Positions 23,639 to 37,612 are shown, counted from the first letter of the stretch. The stretch is 64,000 nucleotides of DNA from Vitrella brassicaformis CCMP3155 (GCA_001179505.1 CDMY01000603.1:186001-250000); one strand, 5' to 3'. A program made the numbers and translations. Notes: a model not told the origin generated them from the sequence alone.

Positions 23639-24086
23639 TGCCTACCCACCTCTGTGGGCAGTGGCTGCAGCGCCTGCGGGAACCGTCCCAGAGGGTTGCC
23701 CTTGACGAAGCACTTGAGAGCGGGCACCTTTCGGAAGAACAGTCCGCCACTCACGCCCCTGTCGTCATACTCACTACAACGTACACACAAACGTACACAA
23801 AAGACAACCGCCATTCATTGCACTGCACTGCTTGCCTCTCTCTCTCCGGCCATGGCTTGGCTGCCTACACAGTGGTGTGGAAGACCGGCACGCCCGCCGC
23901 CCTGGCCTCCCTCAGCAGCCGCTGGCACGAGTCCAGGGCCCGCTCGGCGAGCGCCCCGGCGTACAGCGGCGATGAGGGCAGCAGGTACGCTTCCACAAAG
24001 TCGACGATGAGCAGCGCCGGACGGCTGCCCACAGGCAGATGCCCGTCGAACGCGCCCTTGTAGTTGGCTGTCAGCTCGGTGGACAT
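20508..24086 (-). CDS. Fusion: isochorismatase-family amidohydrolase (NicF / N-carbamoylsarcosine amidase-like) plus class A FAD-dependent monooxygenase
   Basis: N-part: [48 protein letters not shown], with the Asp-Lys-Cys triad intact. C-part: [46 protein letters not shown]. The junction lies within one exon (23248-22984). Confidence 0.88.
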
Positions 24087-24189
24087 CGTGATGGCGGGAA
24101 TGTGGCAGATCTGCTGCAAGCTGAGCTCGCAGGCGAAGGGGTCAATCTCTTCTCTCAGATCTGCGTCGTCTGACTCATCGATCTTGAAG

Positions 24190-24643
24190 ATGGCCGGTTG
24201 CTTTAGTCGCCTCAGGTGGTTCCCACAACATCTCTCACCATCGTCTTCCAGGGCCATCAAAGTCCCGCCACCACTGCATCGACATGCCAACAGGTTTCTC
24301 GCCACGGCAGCAGCAGCAGCACCATCAGCATCAGCAGTTGATTCATCATCACTACCACCACAAGCAGCAGGACCACAGACACAGACAGCAGCATCAGCAG
24401 CCCCGCCCCCTCCACCTCCTCCTCAGAGCGACAGTGAGTTCCTTCCCCGGCTGCGCAACATCGGCATCTTTGCGCACATCGATGCGGGCAAGACGACCAC
24501 CACCGAGAGCATCCTCTACAACGCCCAGGTCATCCACACCAGAGGGGCGGTGGACGAGGGCACCGCCGTCATGGACTTCATGGAACAGGTAACAGGCCAC
24601 TCAGAGTGGCACTCACAACACGGCAACACGTCCCCCTCTCTCT

Positions 24644-24675
<32 letters not shown>

Positions 24676-24762
24676 CTGTATTGGATATACAGGAGCGTGC
24701 GCACGGCATCACGATTCAGTCGGCGGCCACGACGTTCATCTGGCAGGACTGCAAGATCAACC

Positions 24763-24793
<31 letters not shown>

Positions 24794-25450
24794 GGCAGAG
24801 GTCGCCCGTGCTGTCCGTGTGCTCGACGGGGCGGTGGTGGTGCTCGACGGCCAGCGGGGGGTGGAGCCGCAGACGGAGAACGTCTGGCGACAGGCCAGCG
24901 AGGCCATGCTGCCGAGGGTGCTCTTTGTCAATAAGATGGACAAACCCGACGCCAACCTGGTTTGTCGAGGGGGTGGGGGGCTTGATGCCTGTGGTTGTAG
25001 TTGTGATTGAGATGTCACGGTGGCGGTGTGTTCGTGTGTTCGGTCAGGAGTACAGCGTGTCGAGTGTGTCGAGCCGGTTTGGGTGCAGGCCTGTGGTGCT
25101 GGTGGCGTCGGTGCCATTCGACAGTGGCCCTGTCGATGCGCTCGTCGACCTGTTCGACTTTCAGGTAGCCAGCCACCCACACACAGGACAGGACCTTCCT
25201 TCTCTGTGGTGTGATGTATGTCTGTCTGTCTGTCTGTCTGTCACACAGGCGTACCGTTATGAGGCCACAGGGGTGCTGAATCGCACCAGGAGGGCGGACA
25301 CACCATTGCCCAAGCAGTGGGACACCTCACAGCAGATTCCAGACGCACTGGCGCCATTCAAGATCACACAAATAGCGCTGCAGGTGAGATGAGAGAGTGG
25401 GCGAGAGGGAGAGACACTGAGCGGGGGCTCATATCCTCACCTGTGTGTGT

Positions 25451-25483
<33 letters not shown>

Positions 25484-28400
25484 AGAGTTTAGCGTCTGGT
25501 GGATCAGAGGGTTGAGCTGCTGGAGACGGTTGCGGACCTCGATGACGAGTTCGCTGAGCTATACCTCATGTATGTGTCTGTGGATGCATCGACACACCGC
25601 ACAGACAGATGCGCCGCCATACTTGCAGGGGGCTCTCTCTCTGTCTCTCTCTCTGTCTGTCTCTGTGTGTGTGCCAATGAGTGCAGGAGTGACAGCTCCC
25701 CGCCCCGCGAGAAGTTCGACCAGGCCGTCAGACGTATCACGCTCAAGCACAAAGGTCGGCTACCATCGCCACCCCCCCACCCATCCCTCCCTCCTTCCCT
25801 CCCTCCCTCCCTCCCTCCCTCCTCAGGTGTGCCTGTGTACTGCGGTTCTGCCTTACGCGACTGGGGTGTGGATCTGCTGCTCAACGGGGTGGTGACGTGC
25901 CTGCCCTCCCCTTTGGACAGGACGCCCCCCCGTGTGCGGCCGTACAATCCCACCACACACCTCAGTGTGTCGGGGGAGAGGGACAGGGACAAGGACAACA
26001 GGCTCAAGGTCAAGGGGCTGGTCAGCGCGCTGCCGACGTGTATTGGGAATGACCAACGGGTACGTGCCTGCCTCAAGTGGGGGTAATAAGGGGCGGTTGA
26101 GGGAGGATTCCTCAGTGCGTGTGTGTGTGTGGGGGCACGTGTGTGTGTCAGGTGTTGGTGCAGACGAACGTGAGTCCCTGTGCGCTGGCCTTCAAGGTCA
26201 TGTCGGACAAGAAGGGCGGACAGCTGGTCTTCTGCAGGGTCTACTCGGGTCTGTCAGTCAGTCCCACCATCGATCCCAGCCCCCCACACGCCTACGGAGA
26301 TCCTCCCTCCCTCCCTCCCTCCCTCCCTGCCCTCTTCGTAGGTGTGTTACGTGAGCGACAGCACCTGTACAACGCCACTCGCGGCGTCAAGGAGGCCATC
26401 ACACGCATCTTCAGGGCACATGCCGACCGCTTCGACAAGACCAACGCTCTCGCCGCAGGTAGGGTAGGGTAACCAATCAACACCTGCATCCACCCATGGA
26501 TATATGGATGGACACGCCCAGCTGGCCACACGTGGAGTGGATGGATGTCTGTGGCGTATGTGTGTGTGTGTGTGTCATCAGGCGACATCGGCGTGTTGCA
26601 GGGCTGCCGGCAGACGCTCACGGGCGATACTCTGCACGCCCTGACGAAGCCGGTGGAGCAGTCCTTCTATGTGCTGGAGCACACAGGCACCGAGTGGGAC
26701 CCACAGCCCGTCGCCTTTGCCGCTTTTGAGACCGAAAACGGTTGGTTTGTGGGCTGGGTGGGATGTGCGTGTGGGTTGGTGAATTTATGGGTGCAGTAAG
26801 TAGCGGTGGCGGATGGTCCTTGTGTGTGTGTGTGTGTGTGTGTGTGTAGCCAAGGATGAGGAGAGGCTGCAGGTGGCGCTGAGGGAGCTGACGCTGGAGG
26901 ACCCTTCTCTCCAGTTCCATACCGACGTGCAGACCGGTCGGTCAGTGAATATGCGAAGAGACGCAGAGTGACAGACATGGTGTGGTGTGTGGTTGTGGTT
27001 GTGGTTGTGGTTGCGTGTTTAGGTCAGTATCTGATGTGGGGCTTGGGTGAGCTGCACCTGCAAATCGTCAAGGAAAGGCTCGTGGCCGACTGCGGTACGG
27101 GACAGGCAGGAATGGCATGCCGCATGAGTGAGTGCATCCTCCCCTCCATTATGTGTGTCTATGTGTGTGTGTGTTGCTTGCTTCATCCACACACACATAC
27201 ACACACATACACACACCACACAGGTCTGAGCGTCAAGATGGGCAAGGTGGAAGTGGGATACAAGGCAAGCAGCCATCCATCCATCCATCCATACGGCTCT
27301 TCCTCTCTCTCTCTCCCTCTCTCTCTCAGGAGTATTTGGAGGAACCGGCGAGTGGCTCGCTGGTCGACCAGCTCACACAAGGAAGTACGACACTCCCACA
27401 CCCACACCCACAGGAAGAGAGAGAGGCGCATCGCATCCACACAGCAGCCAGGTTTTGTGCATCCGCCCATCAATCAGACCGGGCCGCGTCAGTGGAGATC
27501 AGCCTGCGTCTGGAGCCGCTGCCCCTGCCGGACCCCTATGAACTCAGGGAACCACCAACCTCCACCTCTCCCTCTCCCTCTCCCTCTCCCTCTGACGACA
27601 CCACATCCACACAGGCATCATCGGCTGATGAACATGGTGCAGACGTGGCGGCCGAGATAAGCATGGCCCCACTGAGCGAGGCTGCATACGCCAGCCAAGT
27701 GGGCACGCACAGAGAGAGAGACAGAGAGAGAGATCGGGGCCTGGTGGCTGGTATGTTGAATGGTGTGTCTTTAGGTGAGTGTGGAGGTGAGCCCGCTGTC
27801 GCGCGAATCGCTCATCGACGTCCCCGGCGACGCGCTGGAAGGTGATTGACTGACGGGATGGGATGGATGTGTCAATGTGTGTGATGGGAACGCACCCCAT
27901 CTGCCCCTGGTGTGTACTGCAGCTGCCGAGAAGACGTTGAGCGATGCGCTGAGCTCGGGGCCTCTCCTGGGATACCCAATGGTGTCACTGCAGGTATGTA
28001 GCAGACACACCCAGACACACACATGGGGTGCTGTCTTGGGATGCATGCCATGCAGCCGTGGGTGTGTGTGTGTGGAGTGTAGGCGACGGTCGATTCCATC
28101 AAGTGGAACCAGTTCTCCACCATTGGAGGTGAGATGACACACAAGACGCTGCTGCACCATCTCACCTCTGCTTGCTGTCGCTGCTGGCTGTGTGGCAGCG
28201 GTTCGTTCGTGTGCCGCCAAGCTGTTCCGGAGCCTGGTCAAGGGCCGGTCGGTGAGCCTGCTGGAGCCCCTGATGAAGGTCGAGGTGGTCACACCCGACA
28301 CACACCTCGGCAGCATCCTCTCAGAACTGGTATGCACGTACGTGTCATGACGCCGATTCTGATGCACACGGAGAGCGAAAAGCGCTGTGTGTGTGTGCGG

Positions 28401-29235
28401 TTGCGGGATGGATGGATGGATCTGGGGTTCAGACGAGCTTCCGCCGAGGTCACATCGTGTCGGTCTCGACGTATGAGGACCCCCTGGCGAGCAGGAAGAC
28501 CACCACGACCGCCTCCTCGTCGCGATCGGACGCTGTGAGGCTGTCCAAAATCAATGCTGTGGTACGGTACGGTGCCGCACGCCAGCCAGCCATCCAGACA
28601 GACAGACACGCCGACGGATGGATGGATGGATGGGTACAGGTGCCCCTGAGCACGCTTGAGGGCTATTCAGCGGTGCTCCGGTCCAACAGCCGCGGGACTG
28701 CCCACTTCACCATGACCCCCCACGGCTACGCTCCAGTGCCCGAAGACCTAGAGGAGCAGGCACGTACCCCTCCCCTACCCTCTGCCCCCCGAACAAACCT
28801 CACCACACAGACCTACCTTCATTCTGTCTGTCTGTCCGTGCACCGCGATGCAGATCCTGACTGAGGCACGTGGGCTGCGCAGCTTGGGTCTCCCGTCAGA
28901 GAGGGAGAGGGAGAGGGAGGAGGCTGCAGAAGAAGGAGAGGAGGGAGAGGAGGGAGAGGGTAAGGTTGAGGAGGGGATGGTGTACCTGGAGGGCGAGGAG
29001 CACGGCACCGTCATCGTCGAGGAGGACGAGCAGCTCAAGTGGTCCTCAAAGGCGCTACACCAGGACACTCACCCAGGTAGGGTACACAGACAGACAGACG
29101 CGCAGAAATGCTAGCTGCCACTGCAGCCGGACGTGTGTGTACCTGACCTGCGATTGTCTGTGCCTCGTCTCTCATGCAGAGCGGACGGAGGGCCATGGAA
29201 AGGCGCACGGACGGTCATCGGAGAGAAAGCTCTGA
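24190..29235 (+). CDS. GFM2: Mitochondrial elongation factor G2 / ribosome-releasing factor 2
   Basis: [54 protein letters not shown]...[36 protein letters not shown]. Arg/Ser/Ala-rich presequence-like N-terminus. EF-G2 rather than EF-G1 is judged from motif resemblance. Confidence 0.85.
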
Positions 29236-29693
29236 TATATCGATGTCTATCGTGATCGAATAGATAGATAGATGGACCGACCGGCGCCGCATTTTCGTCG
29301 TGTGTGTAGTGTAGTGTGTCTTGCAAGGCAGCCGGGCCAGCTGCTTAGGCAGCTCGATAGGTCAGACAGGATGGCAGTAGCTAGTTGTGCCGCCATGTTA
29401 TCTATTGGTCATGCAGTTAGCCGTGTTTGGTCTTATGTCTCTCTGCCGGTATACAGACATATATCGGTCAGGACAGCGGCGGCAGCCAGGCAGGAAGGAT
29501 CTGTTGTGTGTTTCTTGCGTGCGTGTATGTGACGCAGCAAGCAATGTCTGTATAGTAGCGAGTGCCTCAGGTGCGATCGCAACCATCCATCGGCCAAGAC
29601 GAGCAACCGAGACGGATGATCTGCAGTGCATGCAGACGGGGGGCGTCCTCAACGCCCCCACCCAAAATACACTCCGTTGCTCGGCGCGACACG

Positions 29694-30490
29694 ATGATGG
29701 GCCCCCCGACGGCTGCCGACAAGGCCAACACCGTCCCCATCCACATCAGGTCACACACAGATGAGGGACTGTCCTCCTCGGGTCTCTCTCCTTAAGACTG
29801 CCACTGCCTCCTGCATCTGCAGGGAGTTCCTGCGCACCAGCCACCCCGTCACATCGCCATATTGGTGTGTAGTTACATGGCCTGGGCTCATCTGCAATGG
29901 TGCGTGTCATGCCATCTGCAATGGCTGCAGGTGGCGAAGCCCGTCCCCTGGCGAGGTACGTCGTAAGGCTGACGAGGAGCGGCCCGCCACGCCGCCTCCC
30001 CCACACCTCAAGGGCGTCCCGCGCTCAGGCGTCTTCTCACATCAGGCACGCCACACGTACACTAACAGTCAGGCGTCTCACGCGTGCCTAGCTGCCCTTC
30101 TCCCTCCCTCCTTGTTGCTTTCGCCTTCAACGTGCAGAAGTGGCCTCAGTACCTGACGACCTACCAGGTGGCGTACAGCCCCTTTGGACACTTCAAGCCG
30201 TGGGACGAGGAGAAACCTGGAAGCATCCCGGGATACAGGTGGGTGGGTGCGTCAGGCATATCATTGTGTTGATTGACGAAGGGAGGGAGGGAGGGATTGA
30301 TGTCGCACAGGCATACTTGTGTGAGTGTGTTGATGTTGTTGTATGCAGTGGGTATCTGCCTGGCAAGGAGGCTGGCAATGTCATAGGGAAGACGTACTGC
30401 AAGGCGCGGGACGCCGCGATCGAGGGTCTGAGGAAGACGCGGCAGGCCATCATCTACCAGCAGCAGGACACCAATGGCGAAGACTGCTGA
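29694..30490 (+). CDS. Small protein with IPGYSGYxPG...GKTY motif, FAM166/CIMIP2-like ciliary microtubule inner protein
   Basis: The last two exons splice to GSIPGYSGYLPGKEAGNVIGKTYCKA. The third-exon donor is uncertain. Confidence 0.5.
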
Positions 30491-31123
30491 CAGACAAGAT
30501 GACCACACCCATCCATCACACCAGATCCATCCAGCTTTTGATGTACGTGTTGAGAGAGAGGAACCTGACTGGCATACACAGCACAGCACAGCGCGGCCAT
30601 TGCTGCATCCACATGGCTTGAGTGAGACATGTATGTCGATCGCACCGCACCAGACCTGAGTGAATGAATGATCCAAGGTCCGTATCACACGACACGGCTG
30701 ACACAGCACGACTCTACAACACACAACACACAAGACACAACACGCGTCGACTAAATGCGAGGAAAGGTCACCTGCTCGACTCGCTTCCTTGGCTGTCTGT
30801 CTGTCTGTCTGTCTTTCTGTCTATTTGATAAACAACACATGGATGCGCAAAAAACACGACACAAAAACCCGAGAAGGCAGGCAGGCAGGCGGCACACACT
30901 GCTCGCTGTCCTTTGCCAGGACGCGACGCGCAACCGCCACCCAGCCATCCATCCACCCATCCATCCATCCATCCATCTTGACAAATGACACACTCGACAC
31001 ACACACACTCGACACTTGTCATGTCACTCACACACAGACATCTCATAGCACTGCACACACATCACGTATCTAATTACGCAACCATGGCTAGGCTACCTGG
31101 CATCGATCACACCACACTTGCTG

Positions 31124-34100
31124 CTAGTGCTGCTGCTGCTGTGTGGAGCCTTTTGCCCCACAGGCACACGGGCAGCAGACGCCCTCGGTCTCTTGCTGGA
31201 AGAACTCTCGCAGCGGGGCGGGGGTGAACACGCCACCCTGACCCTTGCCCGTCATCTCCTCATCTACACAACACACACACACACAATCTGCTTGTGTGTG
31301 GGGGGGGGGGAGGTGGTCTGACCCGCGACAAAGCACTGCAGGATGGTGTCGACAGAGATGGCAAACACGTCGAGCACCTCACCGCCCACCACGAAGCCCG
31401 CGAAGCATCCCAAAACAGTCGGGCCGATAGGCGACGACAGCCGCGCGTCATAGATGCCGACAGACGAGAAGAAGCCCACAACCTGAAAGCACCCACACAC
31501 ACACACACACACATCCAGAGTGTGTCCACCTTCTTCTCTGATTTGCCCACCCCGGCAGTGAGTGTCATCAACACGAGGCCCAGGAACCGCATCGCAGGCA
31601 CCATACCGCCCAGCGCCGCAATCCGCCCAGCATTCCGCAGCACCAGCGTGAAGGCACTCCAGGAAGACTGACAGAAGTTCTTGCCGACCAAGGCCACCTG
31701 AATGTACGCTTTCTCGGACAGAAACTTCACAAACTTTTCGAAGCAGGTCACGGCATAGCCGAGGCACGACAACACGCCGATATAGGCCCTGTTCATGGCA
31801 GTCACGTTCGAGCAGAGGCCACCGATGCCGCAGCAGCAGAGGTGCTTGCACGCCTCTGTGGGGTGGTCTCTGGCCCACTCCGTCTGTGCGGCCAGCCACG
31901 CCAGAATCCACTGAAAACACCACACACAGAGAGATGAGAAACGCATCCATGGGTGCCGACTGGATCATTGTCACCTTGACGAGCTGCACAACGGCGAGGA
32001 CGAGGCTGCCGAATGCGATGCTGCCCATGTGGTAGACGATGCTCCAGCACAGCCACCGACACACGGCGCCCTGAGGATGCCGCTTGCCGTTCTGGTTGGG
32101 GGTCGTGAAGTACCAGGTTGCGCACACCCCCGCCAGCACCACCTGACGTGGGTGACACAACAAACACAGAGGAGAAGGAGAATATGAACCATTCGTTGGA
32201 AGGAAATGGCTGAGGTGGTGAGGGAGGGTGAAGGGAAGGCATATTGCCTGGTTATAGCCCATGAGAAAGGCGTTGTTCCACAAGAGAGAGAAGAAGTGGT
32301 AGATGAGGGAGTACTGAGTCTCGCTGCTCCAGGAGAAACGCTTCCCCTACTCACAGACACACACAGACAAACATACACACACAATGGACCACCACTGCCC
32401 ACTTCTCTCTCTCCTTGTTCGTCTGTCTCACCTGTTCTGATTCGGCTTCAGTGAGTGTGCTCATGGTCCATGCCGCAACAGCGATCCAAAAAACGTAGTA
32501 CACACAGGTAATGATGCCGACCACCAAAGGCACAAAGAGCACCGTTGGGGTGTGGGCCACAAAGAGCGCGGCGGACTTGATGACGGCGATGCCCAGCTGG
32601 ATCCGCTCACACAGGCACAAGACGATCAGGATGAACAGGGCTCCCAGCGCTGAACGAACGAGGGGGGCGCACAGCACATACACACCGACGACAGGTTGTT
32701 GAAGGGATGATGCGTTCCTCTGTGGCCTTTTCGCTTTCTCTTACCCCATAGCACATAGCTGCAGATGGTGAGGCTCCTCTCGTAGTACCCCTCCTCGATT
32801 ATCCTGCCCGTCCACATGCACACACACACAATCCAAACACGTCACCGGCTCTCCGCTCTTTCTCTCTCTCTCTCTGTGTGTGTCGGCGTACGGGGCGTAT
32901 ACGAAGGCCGCAGCTCCCGCCACGACGAACAGGCCCACTCCTATCACAATACTCATCCACACCAGCAGCCCCGCGCAGTACCGAAGCATCACCAGGAACA
33001 CCATCCTACACACACACACACACACACACACACAGAGAACAGCACACAAAACACACCATCCTCCACCTGTCTGCCCTCCCGTCAGGTCGTGGTTTCTCAC
33101 CCGCTGACGAGCGCAGCCGCCGCACAGATCAGAGGGACGGGCCAGGCGATGGTCACGTCGGCCATGACGTTGTTCCAGGACGACACAAGGTCATTCGGCA
33201 GGTAGTCCGTCAGCTTCAGCAGTGCCGCTGACACGCTGCTGGCGAGGCCGCCCTCCCTCTCAGACACCGTGGCAGCTCCTGCTGCCGAGGCTGCTGTAGC
33301 GTTGGATGATGCATTGGACTTGGCCAGACGGGGGAAGCAGTACCGATCCACAGCTGAATCAACACACACACACACACACAATGCTGTGCGGGACGGACGG
33401 GCAATCCCGCTCACTTTTCGCCATACCTTCGCTGGTGTCCGATTGGACAGGGACGCAATACTGTGGCTCGTAGGGGCAGATGTCCTCGGACAGCGCCGCC
33501 AGCTCGACGGTGACCCTGTCCTGCTCCACCACTGCCGTGCGGTTCATGACTGCCGGCACCGATGAGTCCCGACACGGCCGCCTTGTGCCGATGCGGTCGA
33601 CCTCATCGCCCGTGAAGCAAGGACATGCTGACACACACACCGGCCGGAAGTACCTGCGACCAACATCTCAAATCTCATCTCGATGCATCAAACCACACGT
33701 GCACAGAGCCATGACGCTCCCTCACCTTGAGAAGTGCTTAAGCTGGTCAAGGAACTGCCACCTCCCCGGTGTGTCGGCCACCTGCTGCAGGCCGGATAAG
33801 TCAGCCGAGTCGAAGCTGTCGAAGTCAAGCGTGTAGTAGAGCAGTCGCGAGTCGCTCTTGGCCGACGAGGGGAGGCCGCAGAAGTTGCCGGCGTAGTCCC
33901 GGCCGGCGAACAGCCTGTTTGGGTTGCCGTTGGAGAAAGCGATGTACGCCAACACGATCACACCCGCCCAGTGCAACACTGCACACACAGACACAGACAC
34001 AGACGCAGACACAAGCAGCAGGCATCATCGAAGGCGTGCCCAACAAGTGTGTGATCCATCCGTGCACGCAAAAGCAGCTTAGCTTACGGTAGAGTATGCA

Positions 34101-34286
34101 GAAAGGGATATCGCGCACTCTCCGCGTCCTCAGCGGTCCGTGTGACACATCGATGTCGGTGCCCTTGCAGAACTCCCGCCCAAGGTCATGCTTGACGCAT
34201 GGCAGTGCAGCTGCCCTTGACCGCAGGTACTCCTCGCCACTTCGGCTCCTGATCCCTCCTGCGGGAGCCGGTGGTGGGTCCACCAT
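31124..34286 (-). CDS. Choline transporter-like (CTL/SLC44) membrane protein
   Basis: GPLRTRRVRDIPFCILY, NGNPNRLFAGRDYAGNFCG, RIQLGIAVIKSAALFV, YHMGSIAFGSL, FEKFVKFLSEKAYIQVALVGKNFCQSS, VDTILQCFVA-DEE. Confidence 0.93.
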
Positions 34287-34628
34287 CGCGGCCACTCACA
34301 GATTTCGAGGAGATCTGTCAGAGGCTTTGCATCGGCAGAAGATCAGTCTTCCTGGGACGCCCTTCGTTTCGTGCACTCTATGCGAGCTCATCGGTTTTGC
34401 AGCAACGGTTTCGGTTGCCCCCTAGGCAACGTTTCTTTTCGGCGACCCGAAGACGCACTAGCGGATCTATCGTACACGAGGCGCTGGACGCCTTTGCGGT
34501 CGCGGGCGCCGTGCGCCGGCCCATCGACATTACAGCGACGATGAGGTACATCACGAGGCAGCATATATGGCACGCTGCATCTGGTCAATACATGCCCTCT
34601 GTGCTATTATGCAGGTCACGTTGAGATC

Positions 34629-36738
34629 ATGGCATCTTCGTCCAGTGCCAGCGGTCCGGCTGCGCCGTCACCATCGCCATCGCCAGCCCCTCACGCCACC
34701 ACCCTCCCTCACCGGCGGCATGCAGTCATCCAGAACCTCAGCAGACGGGTGTCCCCTCCAAACAGCAGCCCCGCCAGTCGCAGCCTCGCAGCTGCCGTCG
34801 AGCGACGCATCATCAGAGATGCAGCCACGGCCCTCCGACAGGGCGCTGACGCCAACGTGAGGGTGCTATACCAGCCACCCCATGAGCACTATCCCGCGCT
34901 GAGCTACGACCTCCTCAGTAGTGCCATTCCTCGACCCAGAGAGCGACGACCAGACCGGCTGTGCGGCGGTTGATGGAAGGTTGTCGGTATGCTCGCCACA
35001 CTGTCAGCCGCCCCGGTCTCGCCTGTCGCTGCCCACGTGGGCGACGCGAGAGGCGCAGCGGGAGATCCTCGAGACACTCATCGCTGGAGGGGCAGATGTG
35101 AATGGGCCTCCTGAGGGGGACGATGCGACGACAAGGCCGATCCGTGCGGCCGTGGTCAATGCCAACGCGACGGCACTGGAGGTCCTGCTGCAGCATGGCG
35201 TGAGGGTCACTGCACAAATATCATATCGGCGATCTGCACTCAATCAATCGAGTCGTCGTCGTGGATGTCGTCCTCGTCACTCTGCACAAAATGATGTGGA
35301 CGGATGAAGGGAGGGAGGGAGGGAGGGAGGCAGGGCCACTGCATCATCTTCGTGCCCGGCCTGCCGAAGACGCCGACGCCTGAGTTCGAGGATGCTCTTC
35401 TGGGCGTTTGTGGTCGCCTGCTGAAGCACGACCCGACGCTGGCAAGCGAATGGGTGCCGGAGTCAAGACCTCCTTCGGTGAGTGACAGAGCACGGGTAAC
35501 GGGAGGCACATGCACTGCACTGCACTGCACTGCCTGTGTCTGTACCTTTTTCTTGTGGGCTGGTTTTCATTCAGGAAGAGGATTTCCTTGATTTCGAGGC
35601 TGAGCCTTGTGACTATACCGGTCCGCCCTCAGAGGTCGGTAACAACGCCGTCCACCATCTCGTCGGCACCAATTGCTTCTCGCGAGACTTCGTGGTCAAG
35701 TACCTCGACATGCTCACGGCCATCGACCCATCCATCCTCACCGACTGCAATGAAGCCGGCGTGACGCCGCTGCAAGTGAGGCGTCGCTCTCAAACACATA
35801 GGGATGCACTGACACGCATTAAGCACAACAGGAATGGCCTGTGTGCAGGTTGCGGCTTGGCAGGGGTACGAGTATTCACGGAGCCCCAACATCCACGCCA
35901 TCGAGCACATCTGCCGGCAGGTCGAGCCAGCGCATGTCGAGCACGACGGTGATCATGGTATCGCACTCGTGTGGGCCGTCAAGACGCTCACCGGCCGGGA
36001 AGCATCGCAGCCCAGTGTGCGGGACGAGGGCCTCATCAACGAGTGGAGGCAGGCCGTCAGGACCCTGCTGCGGTGGGGCACAGCTGCGGCCCAGCTCCAG
36101 CATCTCGCCGGACAGTATGACATCGAGCCACAGCACCTCGAGCTCGTTGATCGCGAGTACACCGCTGTGCTCAATGAGCTGCTCCAGGAGGTGATGGCCG
36201 TCGCCAGTGGAGCCCTGCAGCCGAACATGGAGCCGGCGGCACAAGGCATCAAGGAGAGGATCAACCTGACCGACAAGACCACATTCGGCAAGCGCATCCA
36301 CATGGCCATGCAGCACTTCTTGACGAGTGCCGCCGCCACCAAGACGGCCAGCCACTGCAGCGAGGTGATGGGAGAGCCCCCCAGCCACGACGAGCAGGAG
36401 CAGGAGCAGGAGAGGAAGCGCGCCAAGGTCTCCGTCCCTTCGCGGCAGTGCTTCGTGGTGCGCGGCGTCAACTCCCGGCGGTTGGGTCTGCATGAGGTGG
36501 TGCACAGGGCGATAGTGGATGAGGCGGCCGCATGCGGCCTGAAGGGCCTCGACCAGCCCGGGGTGGGGGAGTGACATACAGATAGGGCTGGGCACACTCA
36601 AAGGGCTGCATCCATCCATCCATCCATGCACCCGTGTTTCTTTTTGTGTTGCAGGGCGACGCCCTCTGCCAGTTTGCGTTGCCGGAGTTGGGGTACCTCG
36701 ACAAGCACGGCAGGTTCCAGTCGCTGCAGATCGAGTAG
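34629..36738 (+). CDS. Ankyrin-repeat-containing protein of a lineage-expanded family; apparent frameshift near 34925
   Basis: ALRQGADANV, LIAGGADVN...PIRAAVVNAN...LLQHG, GVTPLQ, LVDREYTAVLNEL, CFVVRG...LGLHEVVH. The reading frame shifts from 0 to 1 around 34920-34930 with no clean intron. Confidence 0.65.
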
Positions 36739-37612
36739 AAGAATGACAGACTCTCGTGTGTAGCGTGCTTAGTAGGGAGATGGTCAATCGCTTTTGGTCG
36801 GCGGCCGCACTTTTGCGATACGGGCACACACAGCGGTTGCGAGCGTCGCCTTTTCCGCCACACTAGCTCGTCAGATGGCTCGCAGCGGGAATCTCCTCTC
36901 CTCGTCGTTACCAACCTCTGTTTTCCCTTGGTCAGCCGCCAAGGCGGAGCGGAGGTTGGTGATGCAGGCGGGGTGGGGGTCTCAGCTTTGGCCGGGATGG
37001 TTATAGCCTGGCGATACGATCGGTTGTGTATCTGTAGATGTGTGTGTGTATGTGCAATGACTGATGAGTGGGAAATATAACCGATGTCCTGTCTGCGTGG
37101 CGTCTGACCGACTGACTGCGTGTGAATATATAGCTCAGTAGAGACTTATCCTCTCCCATTTCATGCATACAGGCTGCGGGCTCAGCCTCTGAGGTCAATT
37201 TGCCCAGCCCAGAAATGAATCGTCAATGTCAGATCAGTGAGTGAGTGTCGTAGGAAGAGACACAACGCACACACACACACGCGACAAAAAGTGCACGCAG
37301 GCCACACACAGAACTGACACAAGCCCTATCTGTATCTGTGTGCAAGGCTTAGCCCAGCTGGCTATGCATAGAGCAATAGTAGGGGTGAAAGCGACACGAA
37401 AGACAGACACAAGACCATCGCGGAGAGAGACAGGAGATGGCACAGATAGCAGCTGCCGCAGATGGACAGACACCTCTGCGGCTGGGCTGGCCAGCAGAGA
37501 CAGATGCACACTGACCGTGACAGCAGCCGTGCTACACCTGGAAGGCTGGCAGCTGGCTCCTGCAGAGGTACACGACACACGACAGACACCAGACGACACA
37601 TGCATGACGCAG

